This document shows positions 1-7,973 of a stretch of 64,000 nucleotides of DNA, piece after piece. This DNA is from Prorocentrum cordatum (Eukaryota). Under the pieces are notes generated by a model that saw only the letters and a list, made by a program, of their open reading frames with translations, was not told the origin of the DNA and ran no database searches. The stretch covers positions 1 to 64,000 of the forward strand of contig CAUYUJ010000007.1 of assembly GCA_963575745.1 (NCBI GenBank). Reading direction: 5' to 3'. The stretch's first letter is position 1. Each line of letters opens with the position of its first letter. The position numbers and the translations under genes were made by a program.

Positions 1-2
1 CA

Positions 3-218
3 GACGCGCAGCATTGGGGCACGCACGCCTTCAGGAGAGGCTTCGCAAACGACGCGTTGCGTGCTGGTGGCCCCTCGGCGTTGTTCTGGTCAGGGGGCTG
101 GCGTGGCGTGGCGGCATTTGGGTACGCCACGGCCCAGTCTCGCGGGGAGCTGGCAGCAGCCGAGTGGCTTGCGGAGTTTTCCGAGTCCAGTGGGGGCGAA
201 GGCCAGGGCGCTGCCTAG
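3..218 (+). CDS. C-terminus of a tyrosine recombinase (partial; start lies left of the window; absent from the ORF track)
   Basis: Frame starting at base 3 reads DAQHWGTHAFRRGFANDALRAGGPSALFWSGGWRGVAAFGYATAQSRGELAAAEWLAEFSESSGGEGQGAA*. This contains H-x-x-R (HAFR), GGW and the catalytic Y with box II spacing. TAG at 216-218. Confidence 0.85.
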   Translation, partial: DAQHWGTHAFRRGFANDALRAGGPSALFWSGGWRGVAAFGYATAQSRGELAAAEWLAEFSESSGGEGQGAA

Positions 219-348
219 ACCGCAAGGCGCCAGTGACCAGATCCGTTCGGATGCATTGGGCGCTGGAAAAGTACGTCCGAAGTGCATCGGTCCTTGTCGG
301 CCTCGTCGGCAGATCCGCCGCCCTTGGCAGCCCCGCTCTGGTTGCATT

Positions 349-468
349 GGGCCATTGGAAAAGTCCAGACTGGGCCAACCTGGCGGCGCCTCTTGTCCCA
401 CGTGCCCAACGGTAGCGCGGGGGCGCCGACCATTAGCATTGCTCCGGGCGCGGTTCAGCAGGATTTTC
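349..468 (+). repeat. Split direct repeat B1
   Basis: gggccattggaaaag...cagcaggattttc, identical over 120 bp to 1113-1232. Confidence 0.95.
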
Positions 469-1036
469 ATCGCCCCGAAATCTCGCAGCGATTTGGGGGG
501 CAGGAAAATCCTGGGAGCGGGCCCCTTGGTGGCCTCTTCCCCTCGGGGCCTCTGCGGCCTTCTATGCTCGCTCTCACTGCTTGGCAGTGCCCTGGCGGCG
601 CGGCGGACCTTTCTCACAGTCGGTGGCCGCTGGCCGGCGGATTTGGCGGTGCCTCGCCCTGCCTCCTTCCGCTTGTCCTCCGCTTCTGTTGCTGGCGGCT
701 GGTTGGTGATTGATTGGCAGGCTTCTCGTCCCAGACTGCCCCGAGTGCTCGGGTAGCACCTGTGGCAGTTGCTGTTCGCTCTTGCTCCTCGCTTCTGCCG
801 GCTACCGTGGCGGCAAATTGATTGGCAGGCTTCTTGTCCCAGACTGCCCCGCGTGCTCGGGTAGCACCTGTGGCAGTTGCTGTTCGCTCTCGCCCCGGCG
901 CCGGCTACCGTTCAAACGCCTCAGCGCTGGCCACCCCGTGGTTCGGCTGGTGCGGTTGCGTGTCGCTGGTGCTCTCGTCGCCACTCTGAGCCGTGCCCGT
1001 GCTCTCGTTGCCACGGGTTGGGGGTTGGCACTGCTC
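469..1036 (+). repeat. Split direct repeat A2 (internal copy of the element 5' end)
   Basis: Near-identical to the reverse complement of 7513-7973. Has an extra internal duplication (gattggcaggcttct...gttcgctct near 713 and 820) that is single-copy in A1. Confidence 0.9.
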
Positions 1037-1112
1037 GCGCTTGTCTCCCGTTACCCGCCCTCGTCCTCCCTGTGGCGCTGCGCGCAGGTTAGCGTCGGCG
1101 CCCCTGCCAGGC

Positions 1113-1232
1113 GGGCCATTGGAAAAGTCCAGACTGGGCCAACCTGGCGGCGCCTCTTGTCCCACGTGCCCAACGGTAGCGCGGGGGCGCCGACCATTAG
1201 CATTGCTCCGGGCGCGGTTCAGCAGGATTTTC
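1113..1232 (+). repeat. Split direct repeat B2 (element 3' terminus)
   Basis: Identical to 349-468, followed directly by host-repeat sequence. Confidence 0.95.
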
Positions 1233-1964
1233 TGGCCTTTTCTGGCCATCCTGGAGGCCCTCTTGGAGGCCTCTTGGGCCGTCTTGGGCCAGCTTCGAGC
1301 CAACTTCGGCCATCTTGGTGGGCTCCTGGCCCGTCCGACGCCGTCGGAAGCCGTTCGGGGGGCCTTTCTGGGCCGACTTGGGGCCCTCTTGGGGTGCTCC
1401 AGGGCCGTCTTAGAGGCCATCTTGGGCGTCTTGGAGGCCTCTTGTGTCGTCTTTGTGCCCTCTTGGGGCCGTCTTGAGGGCCTCTTGTGCAGTCCTGAGG
1501 CCATCTTGGAGGCATCTTGGGCGATCTTGGGGCGATCTTTGCGGGCTCTTGGGCCGTCTCAGGCCGTCGGAAGAGATCGAAAAGAAGCAAATGCCCAAAT
1601 CTTAAGAAAACCTGCGAACAATCAATGATTTCGGCCTCTCTGGGGCCTTCCTGGAGACCCTCTTCGTCTTGGACTCTCTTGGGCCGTCTTGGAAGCCGTC
1701 TTGGACCATCTTCGGCGGACTTGGAGGCCATATGAGACCATCTTGGAGGCCTTCTTGGGCCAACGTGGCCATCTTGGAGGCCATCTTGAGCCTTCTTGGA
1801 GGATTTTTCTGGGAATTGAGCTCCTTGAAGATCGTCCCAGGATCCCGGCGGGACGGGCCGAAACCCCAGGGGGAGTTCTTTTGGAAAAGAGCCAGAACCA
1901 AATCCGAACTCGTCTAGCACGCTAGGCAGGCACCCCTGTGGCAAGCCAACAGGGGGCGGCGGAT
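1233..1964 (-). mobile_element. 5' half of a Helentron-like non-autonomous unit (same family as 7980-19630, opposite orientation)
   Basis: Minus strand starts atccgccgccccctgttggcttgccacagggg...ttttccaaaagaactccccctgggg, like the unit heads at 8741, 10257, 12443, 15498 and 18567. Interior is ccaagatggcc-type repeats. Confidence 0.7.
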
Positions 1965-2194
1965 CCAGTGGCCTTCGGCCCATCCCGTCTCAGTGCCTGG
2001 GTTGTGGGTTAGAGGCCTCTTGGGTGTTCGTTGGCATCTCGTGGGCGGCCTCTCGGGGGCCTCTTGCAGGCAGTTTTGAGGCCTCTTGGCGGCCGTTTGG
2101 TGGCCTCTTGGGCCCTCATTTTGAGCCTTGGGATTCTTGCTCCTTTGGGTTCTGTTGGGGGTACTCTTGGAGCGCTCTCGGGGTTTCTCCATCC

Positions 2195-2866
2195 ACAAAA
2201 TTCAACCCACGTTGCCTGCTTTCGAAAATCGAAAAGTGCTGCCTGGTCTGTCCGCGCTCTCTTCAAAGCCGCCCGCGGAGGAATATCGGACTGCCCAAAC
2301 GGACTTTCCGGCAACCGGCTCATGTCGCGGATGGCTTGCGCCAGCACGGCCGGGGGCAACAGTTCTGACCGACCCCTGGCCTCCGCCACCAGCGCCAAAG
2401 CTGCCTGCCCCCGTTGGATGTGGCCCGCAGGCTCGGTCTCTGCACCTAAGGCTGGGTGATTTGGGACGACAGGAGCTGGCGGTGGCTCGGCACGGCGGCT
2501 GGCTGGCTGCGACGACGCAGGGCGGCCGTCGGACCGCGCAGACTCCATCTCGCACAGCTCTACCAGCCGTACCACAAATGGCGGCGAGCACGAGGACAGC
2601 GACGGCCAAACCCGCTGAGCCTCCTGACATGCCAGCCCGCAAAAATCCAATGGATCTGTGGCCCCAGCCCTTGCGAGATCCGAGCAAAGAGCTGCGATAT
2701 CACGCCCTGGAGGATGTGCGCTCGCCGCCTGTCTGACCAGGTTTAACAGCACATTTGGCAAGACCAATTCCTGCGACGCCTCACCAGAGCTCCCAGCTCC
2801 CACAGCAAGCTGCCGCCCCGGCTGGGCCGCAGCGCTCGCGCGACTCTCATCGAGAAAACGAAGCAT
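2195..2866 (-). pseudogene. N-terminal part of ORF3 (probable YR ORF), interrupted after ...KQATWVEF
   Basis: ATG at 2866 (MLRFLDES...), directly downstream of the pol stop. Complex sequence runs until ~2195 and then switches to ccaagaggcc-type repeat. YR identity is inferred from position only; no catalytic motif lies in this part. Confidence 0.55.
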
Positions 2867-2870
2867 CACG

Positions 2871-2890
2871 CTGAGCCAAACGCTACGGAT
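2871..2890 (-). other. Degenerate DinoSL-like motif 4 nt upstream of the ORF3 ATG
   Basis: Minus strand ATCCGTAGCGTTTGGCTCAG versus DinoSL (T)CCGTAGCCATTTTGGCTCAAG; both ends conserved, with small deletions. Confidence 0.6.
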
Positions 2891-2989
2891 GGCATGCTGA
2901 CAACATGACTGCACTGGAATCCGACAAGAGGAGCAGCAGGCGCATATTTTCCGAAGCGGACCAGTGCAAACAGCCCTCCAGGTATTACT

Positions 2990-5163
2990 CTAGCGCCGCC
3001 ATGGGGCGTCCGGAGGATCTTCCCACGACACGCGCGAAAAACCTGCCTCGACCATCCGCTGCAAATCTGCTTCCTTGTGCTGCTGCCTCGTGGGCGCATC
3101 CGCGAGATTTAAATTGCTGGGCACGTAGAACGCATACAGAAGAGTGCCCGTCCTGGCGACGCGCAGCCATAAATGCCCGAGGAGATCATTCCAGTCTGGC
3201 TGTCGCGACGACCCGCGGAGCAAAGTGCCGAGAGCCGTCTGGTTATCTACAAACAAGACAACCTCAAGCTCGCCAAAGCTCTGGTTTTGAAGCCAGTGCA
3301 GTGCGCAAATCGCGGCCAACAGCTCCCAGGTGGCAACTTGTGTTTTTCTATAGCAAACCCAGCGCCAGACAGCACCGGAAACTCGTGCCGAGGACCAGAC
3401 GCGCGCGTTGGGCGCACAAACCACCCAGGCGAGGTCACCACCGCCAGTGGCGTCAGAGTAAACTATGCACTTTGTCCTGGCTGTGGGCTGCAAACAAAAT
3501 ACGCGCCGTTGCGGCACGCAGTCTAGAAACCGCAGCCACCACTGAAGCGCCCGCTCCAGGCGCCCGGTCCAACGCCCAGACTCCCCGGTAGAGTGGCGGA
3601 ACAGGGGTGCCAAATGCACACGCGCTGCTCGGCCGAAAACCGCTGAGGTTCCCCAACTGAGTTTGCTGGCCAACTTCTTGGCTTCTGCTGGGGAAATCGC
3701 CTGCCGCGCAAGAATGCCCTGAATCTGGCGCTTCCATCGCGAGAGCTTGTCAGGGCCAACCGACAATCGCACAGCGCAGGCCTCGCGCTCGACCGCGCAG
3801 TCAACTCCAAGGATCGGAGCCGCTGCTGACGCCGAAACGCGCTTGGAAGCGTCGAGCTCCCACCCTAGCAATTCAGATACCACCTCTGCGGCAACTGCGC
3901 TGGCCCCAGCTGGCGTTGCCAAGTGCGGCGCGCCCTCGAGGGTTCCGTCCAGCCCAAAAAGGTCGTCCACGAACCGGAGGAAAACAACATGGAACTGCTT
4001 GGCCAAAATTGCCCGGACGGCAGCGCCAAAGCGTTCCCAATTGTACACAGACGCGACAGCGCCGAAGGGACAAGCGAAAAGCTGCAGGCCCAGTCCGCGG
4101 GCCTCCGCCGAACCCCACGTTACCACCGCAAATTGCAGGTGGGAGCTCGCGAGGGGAAGGGTCTTGAACGCACCTACGAAATCCTCCTTGCGAAGCGCGG
4201 CTCCGCCAGCGCCCGCGCGGACAACCTTGCACGCCACGGCAACGAAATGGTCCAGCGTGTCGTGCTGGATGGCTTCACCTACTGACACAGCCGCATTCAC
4301 ACGGGATGCCGTGAAATCGTCGACGCAGCGCACCTTCCGTGAATCCCCTCTCCAGCCCTCGTCGGCTGGAAACCTGGCTGTGAGCACGCATGTGTCACGC
4401 AACGGGCGCCGCCTTGCGTGGCCATCGCTGGCCTCTTCGATGCATTTCTGCTCAAACGCATCGCGAACGGACTGCTCCACAGCCCGAGGCCGCCTCACAC
4501 GGCGACGCGTGACAGAGTTCAAAACTGGCGCCTGTGCGCGCAAAGAAACCGCATTTTCAGCGGGAGCAGAGAAAGAGATGCATGGCAGAACCCCGCTGCG
4601 CGGAATTTCGCCGATCAGAGGGAAACCACTCTGCAGGTCGCGCACCAGCCGGTCGTCGGGTCGTCGGGCCAGCTGATCGCCTCGAGCATCTCCGACAGAA
4701 CAAGCAAATTTTTCTTCGGACCAAGAACACTGCGGACGTGCGCAGGCAAACCCGCGAATTTGCCCGCCCACAGTGGGTCCAGCACGCGCTTGCGCTGCCG
4801 CCAGTACTCGAGGCTCGCAGCGCGGGACTCGGCCAACGCATGCCCGTCGAAGGCAAGCACCTGGCAAAGCGAGTCTGCCACAGCTGCAGGGATCTCGGGA
4901 AGCTCGTCACAGGACGGAAGACCCAGAGCCCAGTTCAAATGATCGAGCGGCGTGCAATCACGCACTGCAGGATCGTCCAGGAAGCTATGTACAGCCCTCC
5001 GCGCCGCAGCGACACGAGGACAATCGAGGCATGCAAACTGAAAAGGAAGCTCCGCCTCCCCCCGCGGGGCAGAACGGAGCGGAGACGCACCAACAGCACC
5101 GCCGGCGACAAAAGTGGCCGAAGCGTCGCTGGCAGCACTGCTGTTTCCGCTAACGGAAGCCGC
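2990..5163 (-). pseudogene. pol: reverse transcriptase + RNase H, with one frameshift from an 8-bp duplication
   Basis: RT motifs KVRCVDDF, EDFVGAFKTLPL, CPFGAVASVYNWER, FLRFVDD, ILGV. RNase H motifs YSDATG, WELLAA, FVDNQTA, YVPSNLNLADAPTR. ggtcgtcg is duplicated at 4651-4666; removing one copy joins ORF 4615-4965 to ORF 2990-4867 (ISWPDDRLVRDLQSGFPLIG). No methyltransferase domain after RNase H. Confidence 0.9.
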
Positions 5164-6429
5164 TCACTTCTTCCACGCTTTGGCGCCGCGGTCCTGGCTC
5201 TGCCAGCCGCCCTGCCAGCCGCCCTGCTGCTTGCGTGGGCTGCGCGAGCGCGGCGGCACCAACGGAGACCTGGGCGCAGGGGACTGCGCCGCCGAGCTGG
5301 CGGCAGAGCCGTGACCGGAACCGCCCTTCTGAGCGGCGCCGTCGGCTTTCCCCTTGCCCTTGCCCTTGGTGTGGGCGAACCTCGCAGCATCAGAAGCCCT
5401 GGCTGTCACCTTGTCCCTGGCCTCCTTGGCCAGGTCTCGGTCGATCCTGGAGAACATCACTTTCCAGTCGGCGTCGCCCTTCTCTAGGCCCTTGGCCATC
5501 GCTTTCCGCGCCAGGATGTCGTACTGGTACGCGGTGCGGGCGCCGCCGTGCTCCTCCGCCACCTTGGCCAGCAGGAAGCTGTACCCCAGGATGTCCAGGG
5601 GGGTGGCGGTTTTCATGAGGATCAGCTTGACTCCCCAATCAAGCAAATGGGCCTGGAAAGTGGCGTAGCCGGGGTAGTCGACCTCCGTAGCGGCGCGAGC
5701 GCGCTTCAGCTCGGCCATCAGCCGCTGGCGGTCGGGCACCGACCCTTCCCCAACGGGGACCTCGACGGCCGGCACGCGTGACCATGAAGGGCGAAAGTTC
5801 CTTTGCAGGTCCTCGCCTTCTGCGCTGCCGACGTACAGGCGGCCTTTATCACGTGCGACGCGGCCTGCCGCCTCGAAAACAGCCAAGTTCTCTTCCGATG
5901 GCAGCAGATCCTCCGGGAAGGTGGCCATGCCAAGCTCAGCAACCCGCTCAGACAGCTTAAAAGAAAGCGCCTTGGTTGACCGCTTGTGGGTGGCCGCCTG
6001 GGCTTCCAAGTACTCGCGCATCGTGGAAGCCAAGGCGGCCTCGGGAGTTGGAGGAGGCGGCTCCGTGGCCCCGCACTTCCTCTGAACACGGAGTGCGAAT
6101 GCGATCTGGGCTGGCTGCACTGCCCACGCACGGAACACGGGGCTCTCACCATCCTTGTCGTACGGCTTCTCGCCGTGTTTGATCGTGCTGCTGATGACGT
6201 CCCGCATGGCAGGCTCGGCCAAGTCCAGGGGAGAGATGGAGCCCATCGTCTCCCCCAGCAGGCGCCCGACGGACAGGTACCAGAAGAGGTCGTGCTTCGC
6301 CTTCGGCGACGGATCAACGCCGAGCAGGAACGAGCACCATTCCACCATGTCCTGTTGCGCCGCGCCTCCCAGGGCACCCTGGGGCAACCCAGCAACGAAG
6401 GCGAGCACATCCTGCTGCGCGAAAGCCAT
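5164..6429 (-). CDS. gag-like ORF1, 421 aa (MAFAQQDV...AKAWKK)
   Basis: First ATG after the repetitive leader, non-repetitive protein with a basic low-complexity C-terminus (KGKGKGK, RSRSPR), directly upstream of pol. Function inferred from position. Confidence 0.75.
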   Translation of the reverse strand: MAFAQQDVLAFVAGLPQGALGGAAQQDMVEWCSFLLGVDPSPKAKHDLFWYLSVGRLLGETMGSISPLDLAEPAMRDVISSTIKHGEKPYDKDGESPVFRAWAVQPAQIAFALRVQRKCGATEPPPPTPEAALASTMREYLEAQAATHKRSTKALSFKLSERVAELGMATFPEDLLPSEENLAVFEAAGRVARDKGRLYVGSAEGEDLQRNFRPSWSRVPAVEVPVGEGSVPDRQRLMAELKRARAATEVDYPGYATFQAHLLDWGVKLILMKTATPLDILGYSFLLAKVAEEHGGARTAYQYDILARKAMAKGLEKGDADWKVMFSRIDRDLAKEARDKVTARASDAARFAHTKGKGKGKADGAAQKGGSGHGSAASSAAQSPAPRSPLVPPRSRSPRKQQGGWQGGWQSQDRGAKAWKK

Positions 6430-6482
6430 TATGTGATGGCAGAAGACGCCAGCGTAGGGGGCGCAAACTGGGCGGCAGGCAG

Positions 6483-6504
6483 CTTGAGCCCAAGTGACTG
6501 CGCA
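6483..6504 (-). other. Degenerate full-length DinoSL-like motif 53 nt upstream of the ORF1 ATG
   Basis: TGCGCAGTCACTTGGGCTCAAG versus TCCGTAGCCATTTTGGCTCAAG: 17/22 identical with no gaps. Confidence 0.65.
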
Positions 6505-6659
6505 CAACGGCCAATACATGCCTGGAACGGGGCCTTGCCCCCTGGACGCGCCTGGGTCCGAAACGTCTCCACGTTCACTGCACGAGCGCTCAGCAGCCAA
6601 CCTGGGACGCAGCCAATGCGCAGCACACTGGGGCTGGCCCGACAGCAGACCTGGTCCCG

Positions 6660-7505
6660 AAGACACCGCCACACCTGGGGCAGAAGTGCCGCGCAGCACA
6701 CCAGGGGTAGCCCACCGCAGGCCGAGCCCACGTGGGCCCGCAGAAACTGCGCACCTGGCCAGAAACGATGGCTGGTATAGCCCCCAACAAAGCACCCCTG
6801 AGCCCGAAGAGGCTCCCGTGCGGCACAGACGGGCGGGCCGGCACAGGGCCGACAGAGCCCACCTGGGCCCCAAACACTGCCACACCTGGGGCAGAAGCCA
6901 TGTGCAGCACACCGGGGCTGGCAACGACCGAGCGCCCCTGGGCCCGAAAACGCTGCCTCTCCAGGGGCACGACGACACGCAGCAGCACTGGCTGCAACGG
7001 CCCGGCACACCTGGCTTGCACACTCTGCCACACCTGGGGCAGGAACGACTGGGCCCGAAACTGCAGCCACACCTGGGGCAGAAGCGATGCCCAGCACACC
7101 TGGACTGGACAACGCCACGCGAGCACACCTGGGCCCGAAACTGCTGCCACACCTGGGGCAGAGCGACGCACACCAGTACGGGCCTGACAACGCCAAGCGA
7201 GCACACCAGGGCCCGGAATTGCTGCCACACCTGGGGCAGAAGCGATGCACAGCACACCTGGGCCGCACAACGCCGAGCGAGCACACCTGGGCCCGAAAGC
7301 GCTGCCACACCTGGGGCAGAAGCGACGCACAGCACACCCGGGCTGCACCACGCCAGCGAGCACACCTGGGCCCGAAATTGCTGCCACACCTGGGGCAGAA
7401 ACGATGCACAGCACACCTGGGCTGTACAACGCCGAGCGAGCACACCTGGGCCCGAAAACGCTGCCACACCTGGGGCAGAAGCGATGCACAGCACAACTGG
7501 GCTGC
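6660..7505. repeat. Minisatellite in the element 5' leader, built on cacacctggg sub-repeats
   Basis: Recurrent gccacacctggggcagaagcgatgcacagcacacctggg...gagcacacctgggcccgaaa units. Confidence 0.9.
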
Positions 7506-7512
7506 CGATGCG

Positions 7513-7973
7513 GAGCAGTGCCAACCCCCAACCCGTGGCAACGAGAGCACGGGCACGGCTCAGAGTGGCGACGAGAGCACCAGCGACACGCAACCGCACC
7601 AGCCGAACCACGGGGTGGCCAGCGCTGAGGCGTTTGAACGGTAGCCGGCGCCGGGGCGAGAGCGAACAGCAACTGCCACAGGTGCTACCCGAGCACGCGG
7701 GGCAGTCTGGGACAAGAAGCCTGCCAATCAATCCCCAACCAGCCGCCAGCAACAGAAGCGGAGGACAAGCGGAAGGAGGCAGGGCGTGGCACCGCCAAAT
7801 CCGCCGGCCAGCGGCCACCGACTGTGAGAAAGGTCCGCCGCGCCGCCAGGGCACTGCCAAGCAGTGAGAGCGAGCATAGAAGGCCGCAGAGGCCCCGAGG
7901 GGAAGAGGCCACCAAGGGGGCCCGCTCCCAGGATTTTCCTGCCCCCCAAATCGCTGCGAGATTTCGGGGCGAC
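7513..7973 (-). repeat. Split direct repeat A1 (element 5' terminus)
   Basis: Reverse complement matches 469-1036. Confidence 0.9.

Larger units (their letters stand above)
1..1232 (+). mobile_element. 3' part of a YR (Ngaro/DIRS-group) retrotransposon: YR C-terminus followed by B1-A2-B2 split direct repeats
   Basis: YR catalytic motifs at 3-218. Identical 120-bp repeats at 349-468 and 1113-1232 enclose a copy (469-1036) of the element 5' end found at 7973-7513 on the minus strand. Host repeat resumes at 1233. Confidence 0.85.
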
